A stretch of DNA of 64,000 nt. Origin: Octopus vulgaris (taxonomy: Eukaryota). The stretch is taken from contig OX597822.1 of assembly GCA_951406725.2 (NCBI GenBank), forward strand, positions 26,474,001 through 26,538,000, written 5' to 3'. The notes under the pieces were generated by a model. That model saw only the letters and a program-made list of their open reading frames with translations. It was not told where the DNA came from and searched no databases. Positions 14,269 to 25,818 of this stretch are shown one piece after another (the first letter of the stretch is position 1; every line of letters starts with the position of its first letter). The position numbers were made by a program, and so were the translations under genes.

Positions 14269-14270
<2 letters not shown>
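13946..14270 (+). mobile_element. tRNA-derived SINE (CORE-like domain with family C tail)
   Basis: TGGCTTAATGG, GAGTTCAATTCCC, TTGAGCAAGGCATTTTATTTCAC, tail GGAGTGCTCAGCCACTT...GTAACCGACGGAGT. Confidence 0.85.
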
Positions 14271-14308
<38 letters not shown>

Positions 14309-14310
<2 letters not shown>

Positions 14311-14712
14311 CGTAGGAGTGGCTGTATGGTATGTAGCTTGCTTACGAACCACATGGTTCCGGGTCAGTCCCATTGCGTGACACCTTGGGCAAGTATCTTC
14401 TACTATAGCCTCGGGCCGACCAAAGCCTTGTGAGTGGATTTGGTTGACGGAAACTGAAAGAAGCTCGTCGTATATATTTATGTATATATGTATGTGTGTG
14501 TGTATACGTTTGCATGTGTTTGTCCCCCCAACAGCGCTTAACAACCGATGGTGGTGTGTTTACGTCCCCGTAGCTTAGCAGTTCGGCAAAAGAGACCGAT
14601 AGACTATGCACTAGGCTTACAAAAAATAAGTCCTGGGGTCGATTTGCTTGATTAAAGGCGGTACTCCAGCATGGCCGCATTCAAATGGCAGAAACAAGTA
14701 AAAGAGTAAAAG
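14309..14712 (+). mobile_element. SINE family A
   Basis: Full-length match to the 7308 copy; flanked by (TA)n. Confidence 0.9.
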
Positions 14713-14717
14713 AGAAG

Positions 14718-14808
<91 letters not shown>

Positions 14809-15587
14809 TTTAAGATTTCCTTCATTCCTAACGTATACACACACAAACACACACAAACGAACACACTCACGCACATATTTGTGCGTGTGTGTATGTATGC
14901 ATGTACGTGTATCTCTATCGATCGATCGTTCTATGTATGTCTGTGTGTATGTATGTCTGTGTGTATGTATGTCTGTGTGTATGTGTGTGTATATGATATG
15001 TCGGCACTAACTTCTTTCATGTAGTTTGCATCTCCTTACAACTCATTCTCTTAACTAAACAATTCTGTTTCCACACCAAATCACACATCACCACTTTGAT
15101 AAAAACGCTGAAGTACAGGCCGCAAAAGACATCCATAATCCATAATGGTGTTATTTTTATCTTATTATATGGTACTTAACATTTTACAGAAGAATCACCC
15201 CACGATACATTACTTCTTCCTGCCCACCCCTCACTTCATCTCTGTGACTGCACTTATCTTTAATCTTTTGGTATTTGCACCTGAAATGTAATGCGTCTTC
15301 AAATATTGAGACGTGCTTTTAGAAAAGGAAACCGGGAAACAATTTAAAATATCTTCGTTTCGTTTCAACTAACACGAACAACGCAAAAGCTGGTGTGCCG
15401 CCTTCTTATAATTCCTCTTGTAAATCGCTGTTTGGATATTGTTGTCTCCAGTTTTGGAAATTTAGTTTTAAACTAGTTTTGTATATATTTTCATCATTCC
15501 CTTTCTATATGAACTTTTTTTTTAATGAATTTATTTTGAAATCTCTAATCTCAGTTAAGCCAATGGTTTTAATTTTTTTTCCTTTCC

Positions 15588-15744
15588 ATCATCATCGCCG
15601 TCGTCGTCGTCGTCGTCGTCCTCCTCCTTCTTCTCCTCCTCCTCCTCCTCATCATCATCGTCATCATCATCATCATCATCGTCATCATCATCCTCCTCAT
15701 CATCATCATCGTCATCATCATCATCGTCATCATCATCATCATCG

Positions 15745-15779
<35 letters not shown>

Positions 15780-15912
15780 GTCATCATCGTCATCATCATC
15801 ATCATCATCATCATCGTCATCATCATCATCGTCATCGTCATCATCATCGTCATCATCTTCATCATCATCGTCATCATCATCATCATCATCGTCATCATCG
15901 TCATCATCATCG

Positions 15913-15989
<77 letters not shown>

Positions 15990-16074
15990 GTCGTCGTCGT
16001 CATCGTCATCATCATCATCGTCATCATCATCATCATCGTCATCATCTTCATCATCATCGTCATCATCATCATCG

Positions 16075-16109
<35 letters not shown>

Positions 16110-16200
16110 GTCATCATCGTCATCATCATCATCATCATCATCATCGTCATCATCATCATCGTCATCATCATCATCATCGTCATCATCTTCATCATCATCG

Positions 16201-16232
<32 letters not shown>
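15588..16232. repeat. Long (CAT/CGT)n trinucleotide tract
   Basis: Direct inspection. Confidence 0.95.
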
Positions 16233-16233
<1 letters not shown>

Positions 16234-16268
16234 GCGTTTGTGTATGTATTTATATATGAAAGTACATT

Positions 16269-16305
<37 letters not shown>

Positions 16306-16321
16306 ATCTACATCATTACTC

Positions 16322-16445
16322 AAAGCGGCGAGCGAGCAGAATCGTTAGTACGCCGGACAAAATGTTTCGCGTTATTTCGTCCGGATTTACGTTCTGAGTT
16401 CAAATTCCGCCGAGATAGACTTTGCCTTTCATCTTTTCGGAGGGG
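16322..16445 (+). mobile_element. SINE family B, 3'-truncated
   Basis: GAGTTCAAATTCCGCCGAG...CTTTGCCTTTCATCTTTTCGG. Confidence 0.8.
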
Positions 16446-16572
16446 GAATTTGACAATTTCAGGTCTTGTACCTATAGGAGAAAGGTGTCGTCAGTTCACA
16501 GTTTAACTTTCTCATCATGCTTACATACATACAGCACGCGTTTGTGTATGTATTTATATATGAAAGTACATT

Positions 16573-16636
<64 letters not shown>

Positions 16637-16649
16637 AATTCATATAAAC

Positions 16650-16810
16650 GAATAGAAAAATACGATTAAAAACGGACAATATGGAGACGTGCACAAGATT
16701 AGCTTGACGCCCGGTGAAAGGAGCGAGTTTGATGTTTCGAGCATAGCTCTTTGTCGGAATGGAGAAAGTGAAAAGCCCGAAGAAGGAAAAGAAATCACCA
16801 ACGGCACACG
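16650..16810 (-). mobile_element. Short Penelope-like element
   Basis: GTTTCGAGCATAGCTCTTTGTCGG motif related to the copy at 27024. Confidence 0.45.
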
Positions 16811-16943
16811 TGTAGATACATTGCATGCATGCAGGCATGCACATATGGCACACATGTAGTTTGTATGTATACAGTGTGTATATGCATTGGTGAACGTTTC
16901 TGTTTGCAAACGAAGTGAAAATTATACGGTGCATAAAATTAGA

Positions 16944-17049
<106 letters not shown>

Positions 17050-17199
17050 TTATCAGGAATCGAAACTTCTTGAATAATTATTTTGGGTTTCACATCGAAA
17101 ACTTTTTCAACGGAAGCAGCGTAACAATATAGCAGCAAGAATATTTGTAAACATCGAACTATGGTTTGTCATCAAGATTTTATTGGCTACCGTAAAACC

Positions 17200-17900
17200 A
17201 CGAGAAAGAGCATCATGCATAGCCTTATTTAAGTACCATGCGTAGAACACATAATACATGCAATATGCATCTATAACTTTTCTTCAACATGATATAAGAG
17301 AAACAAGATCGGTAACAATCATTTAATGGAGCTTTAGTGTGGATGAATAAAAGTAACAGGATAGAGCGAATTTATTATGTAGGAAATAAACAATTTTAGC
17401 CAGTTGGTTGTTGACAATCTCTCAATAGTGATAGAAGTGCCTTCAAGAACTCACCAATTCCGATGGGTTTTTTTTTCTGTTCAAAATTGCAAAAGCTGTA
17501 ATATGCTGTTATACATTTTTTCTTTGACAAAGACCACATCTCTTCTGGAGACATTGGCGTATGAGGATGTATATTCTATTGAATCACCTAATTATATTCT
17601 TGTTAACATTATCCTTCTTTAAACTCTAGATATAATTGAAAAGTGGAACGGTTCGATGTCTTTCTGAGTGCCTAAAGGTATTAATATGTTATGATAAAGT
17701 ATTTTAAAGGAGATTTTCTGCAATCCTTATATTTTCATCAAGTCTTGGTTCACTGTTATTTACAAGATAGAACTAAGATCCGTGAATCAATGCTTTTTGA
17801 AACATACATGTTCAAGCTGGATTGTTGAAATTGCATAGAGGACAAAAGTTTAGCACGTTGGTGGAGTAAGCAGCGAAGTCTTTGATATAGTGTATCTCGT
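17200..17900 (-). mobile_element. Highly decayed hAT transposon remnant
   Basis: Reverse strand GTSITIERL...RSILLLLFIH resembles the hAT dimerization domain; diverged similarity to 22820-23080 in opposite orientation. Confidence 0.4.
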
Positions 17901-18775
17901 CTAGTAAACATCCTATGGTATCTATGGTCTATGGGGAAGTGCTTATTTACATGGCCTAGGAAAATCTTGGAACCATGGGAACGAATGATTGCAGTATGTA
18001 AATACTTATACCATATAATATTTCGTTTCTTGTTTTTGCTTTTTTTTAAATGAATGCTGTTTTGTATATGTTGTAGTATGTCATTGAAGCCAGTCTTTAA
18101 TGCGTCATTGTAATAAGCAGCACGATTACATCGTGTAATATTTCGTTATTCTGCGTAATAACGAAATATTACACAGTATAATTCTTCTGCGTAATTTGAC
18201 TGTTCGTTCGAATGTTGTCTTAAACGTTAGAAATAATCATTTCCACATGTAACATGGATATCATAAGATATTTCGTAGAGATAGCGTTAAACTTAGTTAT
18301 ATTCGTACCAAAACCTCACTGCTTCTATTGCCAGTATAAAGAGAAGAACAATTCCAAATACCAATATACAAAACTCTGTTCGTAATGTAATGTAATGGAA
18401 GCAACCTTAATATCTTGTATTTCAACAGAATGCGTCTTTCTAAAATATTAGTTTATCGACCTAAGGTTTCTTAGAAAAATAAGAGTGACGTACACAGATC
18501 TGCTTCTATTTGCCAAAAGAGTTTTATTAACTTTCTCAAATCAGAAAGCCGAAATATTTTGTGTGGTGGTATATAGGTACATAATACATGTAATTACACT
18601 ACAATGACTTGATACGAGTTATCTTGTAGCAATGCAAAAAGCTCAGATTGGTTTGCTATGAAGGCCTTGAGGGTATGTTATTCATTATTTGACTATGCCT
18701 CTTCATTATATAATGTTTTCTTTATTTTCCAGATTTATAAAGAACTATTATAAATTTTGATTTGTAATATATAAG

Positions 18776-20030
18776 ATGTCAAAAAGCCTTTCCAATAAAA
18801 AAAATTGCTGGAATGCTTCAGGAACTCGCGGAAAATGAACTGTCGGAAGATGATATCTTAAAGTCAGTGAGTGAATACTCAGATGCTTTGGATAAAAATT
18901 ATGTAGCAAATACCAGTGGAAATAATACCAGTGACGCCAGTTCTACTGACAAAGTTGAACTATTAGTTGCTCGAGGTCGTAAGAGACAACGCAGTTCTCC
19001 TGCACCAACTGCACTAAGTTCTCTGGCACCAACCGCATCGACATCTAATACTTGGTCAAATGCAGCGACAAATCCACCTAATTTTCCCTTCACTACAACT
19101 CCAGGACTGAAGATTGAACTCAACACTAATACTATAGAGGTTATCGACCAATTTCTGACAGATGAATTTTGAACTGTATTAGTTGAGCAAACTGATGCTT
19201 ATGCTATGCAGATATTAGATCATCAGAAAGGTCTTGTACAAAGATCATCCCCGTTCAAAGAGTGACACACAACAAATGTGACGAAAATGAAGTTTTTCTT
19301 TGGGATTGTTAAATTCTTATAGGCACTTTCTTTGCTATTTATTGAGGAATTTACAGCTACCCACTAGTTTGTTTCCACATTTCCATATTATGGATTAGCC
19401 ATATCCTGATGTTACAAATGGGTACATGTCCCAAATCATCTATAGAAAGTCATTGGTCCACTAACATTTTATACAAATTTCCTCTTTTCCTTCTGTAATG
19501 AGTCAGAATCGTTTTCAGTTGCTGCTCGGATTTCTTCATTTTTCAAACAATGAAGAAGATAAAGGTGATCGTTTGCATAAAATTAATCCCATTCTTAGTT
19601 ATTTCAATAATATTATGAAAGAATTATATAGGCGCAGGAGTGGCTGTGTGGTAAGTAGCTTGCTTACCAAACACATGGTGCTGGGTTCAGTCCGACTGCG
19701 TGGCACCTTGGGCAAGTGTTTTCTACTATAGCCTCGGGCCGACCAATGCCTTGTGTGTGGATTTGGTAGACGGAAACTGAAATAAGCCCGTCGTATATAA
19801 GTGTATATATATATATAGATCGCCATGTTGATTCGCTAGCTTCTACACGCATTTTTTTTCTCTTTTTGTTTCTCTCCGTGTTTCTTTTCTGTATATCTTT
19901 CTGTTGAAGAGCGTAGGCTCGAAACGTAAAAGACTTGTTTTATTTATATTCCTGAGCGCCATACTAATACAATTGTTTGTTTGTATTCCACCTGCCTTCG
20001 TCTTTTGTTTATTTTCATAAAGCTTCCCGT

Positions 20031-20089
<59 letters not shown>

Positions 20090-21250
20090 ATGTCTGTGCT
20101 TGTTCCCCCAACATCGCTTGACAACCGATGCTGGTGTGTTTACGTCCCCGTAACTTAGGGATTCGGCAAAAGAGACCGATAGAATAAGTACCAGGCTTAC
20201 AAAGAATAAGTCCTGGGCTCGATTTGCTCGACTAAAGGCGGTGCTCTAGCAAGACCGCAGTCAAATGACCGAAACAAGTAAAAAGAGAGTATCCCAGAGA
20301 GAGAAGTTTGTATTGACGAGTCCATGGACCATTGTATTAGTATTTCGCCAGTACATAAAGAACAAGAGACATAAGTATGGAGTAAAGTTGTATGAACTGC
20401 GTGAATCAAGTGGTATTGTTAAAAAAATTCTGATCTATTCAGGAAAGCAAGACACTCCAACTGGCATCTTGGGGCATTCAGGTCAAGTCGTGCTTAGTCT
20501 GATGGATGAGTTCCTTGATAAAGGTTATATTCGGTACACAGATAATTACTACAACTCTGTTCCTTTGACAAAAGCAACGTCACAGCGATCTACATATATA
20601 TGTGGAACTCTGAGGTTTACCCGAAAAGACAACCCCAAGGATTTGGTAAAAAATAGTTGAAGAAAGGAGAGTCAGAATGGATAAGATCAGACGAAGCAGT
20701 TATGTGCAAATGGAAAGACAAGAGAGGCGTATTGACAATTAGTAATATGCACCAAGTGGAAATGATAGATGTGATAAATCGTAATGGAAAAAAATCAAGG
20801 AAGCCCAGTATTATAAGGAGATTATAACAACTGTATGTTAGGCGTAGATAGATCAGATCAAATGCTTTCCTATTATTCTTGTCCTCGGAAAACACTCCGT
20901 TGGTACTAGAAAATTCGTCTACATATCTTTGAAATTCTCATCCATAATACCCACAAGGTGTATTGCAAAGTAGAAAACACGCAAACGAAATTTGAACAGT
21001 TTAGAGATAATGTAGTGCTGTATTTGCTTGGTGAACATATACGGAAAGAAACTCCAGTTCCAGCAGTAGAAAGTTTCCACTACTTGGAAGCAATTCCACC
21101 CATGGAAAAGAAAGGCCAACCAAACCATGATGGGTGTGTAGACGAAAGAAACTTCGTAAAGAAACTAGGTACGCTTGTGCTGCATTCCCAGAGAAATCAG
21201 TTTTGTGTGTATAAAAATGGTTCAAGGCATTCCATACAGAATAATTTGAC
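18776..21250 (+). pseudogene. piggyBac transposase pseudogene
   Basis: MSQNRFQLLLGFLHF, DRLHKI, IDESM, FRQYIKNKRHKYGVKLY, YTDNYYNS and GVDRSDQMLSYY (DDD triad), plus a Cys-containing C-terminus; many stops and frameshifts; split by a SINE at 19631-20290. Confidence 0.9.
19631..20290 (+). mobile_element. SINE family A inserted in the piggyBac ORF, with a nested Penelope-like element (19818-20030)
   Basis: SINE head and tail intact; the nested piece carries CTGTTGAAGAGCGTAGGCTCGAAACGTAAAAGA inside the SINE's (TA)n. Confidence 0.85.
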
Positions 21251-21297
21251 ATTCCGTCTATAATTCTTTGAATAAACATGTTTTCTTTTATTTCAAA

Positions 21298-21691
21298 CTA
21301 GCAGTATCGCCCGGCCTTGCTCGGGTTTGTAAGGGAAATAACTATAAAGCATTTTTAGAGAGTTATAGCCAATAAACAGCAAAAAATGCATTAAAAATGA
21401 AAAAAAATTATGGTAATTTTTTTTTTAAATCGTTGACTCATCGTAGACATTTTTAGAGAGTTACTTCCCTTATATTTAAAAAATATGCATTAAAATGGGA
21501 AAAAAAATGATGGTAAATTATTTTAAAAATCGTAGACTCATCGTAGACGCGCACTAATACCCAGAAGGGCTCGATATGAATCACAACTATAAGATACCCG
21601 GTTTTGGTTAAACTGCACTGCAAAATGTGGGAGTAGTTAGGAATCTAAATCGGAGTAGACAGACACACAACCTTTCTTTTATATATAAAGA
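21298..21691 (-). mobile_element. Non-autonomous Helitron (about 395 bp)
   Basis: Reverse strand begins TCTTTATATATAAAAG and ends with hairpin CCCGAGCAAGGCCGGG then CTAG, inserted between A and T; near-identical to 33877-34274. Confidence 0.9.
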
Positions 21692-21918
21692 TTAGCTAGA
21701 AAAGGAATGAAAATTGGTTCCAATCGTAAGCTGCAATAACAAAATATTTTTCCGTAATCTTTCTGTATGTATTTTTTTACATTCATTTTTTCACTTTGCG
21801 ATCAATTTTTCACGTTGTTATGTATTTCAATTTAGAGGAATTAAACTTTTATATGCTATTTGAACCCACATGTAAAAAATTGCAATAAATGATAAAGAAA
21901 ATATATCTTTTCTTATGC

Positions 21919-22051
<133 letters not shown>

Positions 22052-22200
22052 TAAGGGTCTAGCAAAAAAATTGCTTCACCACATACCGAAAATTTAGAAA
22101 TAACAGTTAAAATAGCTAATTCTTTTAACTACAATATAACTCCACAGACAGCAATATTTATAACTCACATTGGCAAAAAGAAGAAAAAATAACGAAATCA

Positions 22201-22236
<36 letters not shown>

Positions 22237-22699
22237 ATCAAAAATAAAAGGGTAAAATCAATTAATTATTAATTAATTTCACCAAGTAGTGTTCAGTATG
22301 CAAAAGGACCATTCAAGGTATATTCAAAATATTACGTTATATAATTAGGGCTCAGTAAAATAATTTGCCCTAATTATATAACGTTATACATATATATATA
22401 TGTTTTACCAAATATATTTCCTGGCAGGTGCCATGATATGAGTTAACTCGTATCATTGGGCAAATAAAGCGTGTCTTTAGTGTTTCCACAACACACTCAC
22501 AATGTTAGTTCCAGACGCCAGTTCATTTTAGGCGTTACAATAAAATAGACCTCCACGAGTATGATCGTACCTGGCAAAATTGTATAGATTGCCAACTACG
22601 AGATAACTCGTAGTTGGCAGTCAACGTGTTAAAAACATTCTCCAATATATTTACACATTAAGACGCTCAGAAAGACGCTTCGTCACTTCACTGACCGAA

Positions 22700-23085
22700 T
22701 ATATCTGGAATTGAAAGGATGATGATATTAATGATTATAAAACTATACAGTCGAATGTAGAACACATGTCTCCTTGAATTAATGTTTCAATGACACGTGT
22801 TTTTTAGTCTCGAAAATGTATTACATCCTACTACAGCCTTTTGCAATTTTGAACAAAAAAATTGGGATTAAATTCATGTAGACACTTCCGTTGCTATTTA
22901 TTGAGGAATTTACAACTACCCACTAGTTTGTTTCCACATTTCCATATTATGGATTTGTCATATCCTGAAAGGCGAACATATTTTGATGAAAAAGAAAAAA
23001 AACTTTCACTAAAGCTATTGATAATTGTCCCCGTTCTTGTTTTGTATGTTTTATACGTACGACACTGAAGACACAAAAATATCGC
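22700..23085 (+). mobile_element. Decayed hAT-like remnant
   Basis: Shares TACAGC(C)TTTTGCAATTTTGAACA and downstream blocks with the reverse strand of 17300-17510. Confidence 0.35.
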
Positions 23086-23092
23086 ATGTTTT

Positions 23093-23511
23093 GGATCTTT
23101 TCGGTTTGAACGGCAGTTTTTTCTAGCGGTGTCATATGAAATGGTTACCCATAATTATGACCCCAGTATCGATCTATTGCATTTCAATCTGTTTTAGGGT
23201 TAGGGTTAGTTAGGGTTAGGGTTAGGGGTGGGGGGAAGGGTATCTTTTTTTCTTCACAAATGTAAATAAACCCAATCTGTTTCTTAAACGAGGGACATAT
23301 TCATACGGCACAGAATGTTTTTTTTTGATTGGTTGAAATTGCAGAAATTGAAGAAAAAAAAACAACAAATATGTTACAAATTATAGAATTTTCTCAATAA
23401 AGCCAAGAGAAAAAGATGTTTTATAAACATATTCTACCAGTATACGAAGTTTAAAAGTGTTTAGTTACGTGGAAATTATTAAAAAAAACTGCCGGTCAAG
23501 CCGAAAATATC
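23093..23511. mobile_element. MULE-like MITE with internal (TTAGGG)n
   Basis: TIRs GATCTTTTCGGTTTGAACGGCAGTTTTTT and AAAAAAACTGCCGGTCAAGCCGAAAATATC; imperfect 9-bp TSD GCATGTTTT/GCATGTATG. Confidence 0.75.
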
Positions 23512-23725
23512 GCATGTATGTGAACATATCGCGTGCTTTGCACATGATAAATGAATTGATTAATGTGTGATGCATTTTGTAAGTTTTTCTTGTTGTTATT
23601 GCAAGAATCAAATATTTATCACTAATCCTCTTTCGACGCTGTTTATTAATATTTTAGCAGCTTCATTTCTGTAATCGCTTGGAAAATCAGAGTAACGATC
23701 CAGGAAGCTTCAGTCTTTAAATATG

Positions 23726-23757
<32 letters not shown>

Positions 23758-23966
23758 TGTATGTATGTATGTATGTATGACTATATATATATATGTATAT
23801 ATATGAGCTTGTGTGTATGCATGTGAATATGAGTGTATATGTATTATAAGTACACACATATAAAACATACGTACGTATATACATACATGCATACATGCAT
23901 ACATACATATACACATACACACATTTTCGCATGCAAACACACACACTCATAAATATATTTATATAC

Positions 23967-24086
<120 letters not shown>

Positions 24087-24089
24087 GGC

Positions 24090-24255
24090 ATAACATAAAG
24101 AAAATGGAGAGTTTGAATACAGTAAATTGAATTTATTTACATAACTGTCGATTACATAAGGCCTACGATCGTTTCAATATCTACCTTCGTTCATTTTACA
24201 ATTAATAATTGCATTATGAATTTGAAAGCTAGAGATCTCTTCAGGGTTAAAATCG
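24090..24255 (-). mobile_element. Penelope-like terminal fragment
   Basis: Reverse strand CCCTGAAGAG...TTGAAACGATCGTAGG followed by AATAAA; abuts (TA)n. Confidence 0.4.
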
Positions 24256-24295
24256 ACATATTTCTTAACACCTTAATAGACTGAGTGTTCATTAT

Positions 24296-24667
24296 AGTGG
24301 AAGCACTCCGTCGGTTACGACGATGAGGGTTCCGGTTGATCCGAATCAACGGAATAGCCTGCTCGTGAAATTAACGTGTAAGTGGCTGAGCACTCCACAG
24401 ACATGTGTACCCTTAACGTAGTTCTCGGGGATATTCAGCGTGACACAGAGAGTGACAAGGCCGGTCCTTTGAAATACAGGTACAACAGAAACAGGAAGTA
24501 AGAGTGAGAGAAAGTTGTGGTGAAATAGTACAGCAGGGATCCCCACCATCCCTGCCGGAACCTCGTGGAGCTTTAGGTGTTTTCGCTCAATAAACACTCA
24601 CAACGTCCGGTCTGGGAATCGAAACCGCGATCCTACGACCGCGAGTCCGCTGCCCTAACCACTGGGC
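24296..24667 (-). mobile_element. tRNA(Arg)-like SINE family C, near full length
   Basis: CCCAGTGGTTAGGGCAGCGGACTCGCGGTCGTAGG...GGTTTCGATTCCC; tail GGAGTGCTCAGCCACTT...GTAACCGACGGAGTGCTTCCAC. Confidence 0.9.
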
Positions 24668-25034
24668 TCATTATAGACATGGACTGAGACAGCAGCATGC
24701 GTTTTCTGTGTGTGTGTGTGTGTGTGCGTCAGCACTTTTGTCTTGAAGCTGAATTGCTTTATGTGTCTTTTTTTATAAATGTGTGCGTGTTAGCTTTATT
24801 GTCTTTGGATTTCTGTTCTAAAAATAGCCAAAATTTAAATTTTGACCACAGCAGGACAGTGGTTAGTTGTCGTCCAGGAAAATTTAGGTCATACTAAAGG
24901 AATTTATATTTGTCTTAGAGTTTGAATGTCGTTTTATATATATATATATATACATACATACATACGCACGCACGCTCACATACACACACGCATACACACA
25001 TGTATATAAATACATACATACATACATACATACA

Positions 25035-25066
<32 letters not shown>

Positions 25067-25818
25067 CATATATATACATATATTTATACATGCATGTATA
25101 TATATATGTGTGTGTTTGTGTGTGTGTGTATGTATGTATGTATATATGACAAGAGATAATTTTTGCCTCTTTTTATGGAGACAAAAGGGTTTATATGACT
25201 GCAAAAAAGAAGTGCTCAAATGTAATTAAGATAGAGATAAAAAGCATTGATCAGAGAACAAACATCAAATTCAAGTCAACGACTTTATACATAACACCAC
25301 ACCTTCAAACATTTGATCATATATAAATATTACCATGACCTTTCAATAAATAAAGAACACATATATAAAAAAAAACATAGAAGGTAAAAATATATATGCA
25401 AATGAAAATATAGATGTATAGAACGTATAGAAGGTATATACAATTGACTAAAAAGATTTTTCTTACGCCCCCTCAAACAAAAAATATAAAAGCCAAAAAA
25501 GTTCATTTCATAAAATCTATGGTAAGTTGGAGTGCAGGAGAGTAAAAGAGCTCTACAAAATCTAATTAAACGCATCTATGGCCATTTCGGGTGTTCACTG
25601 TCGCGGTTCGATTACGAGTTAAGGTGCATTTCTGCAATGACCCCCTCATCAGGTAATAAACAGGAATATCAACAAATTATTCGTTCACGAGAGTAACAAC
25701 GCCGCATGGCTAATTTAAACGAATAATTTGTTGATATTCCTGTTCATAAGTTATATATATATACATACACACACATACATACATATATATAACATATATA
25801 TATATATATATATATATA

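Noticed and set aside
15395-16348. Poly-His, poly-Asp and poly-Met ORFs
   Set aside because: (CAT)n microsatellite with no complex coding flanks; the same applies at 36695-37117 and 63726-63998
23193-23230. True telomere or chromosome fusion scar
   Set aside because: Only a few TTAGGG units, located inside a TIR-bounded MITE
24600-24667. tRNA-Arg gene
   Set aside because: No complete acceptor stem and it is contiguous with a SINE body; all tRNA-like segments here are SINE heads
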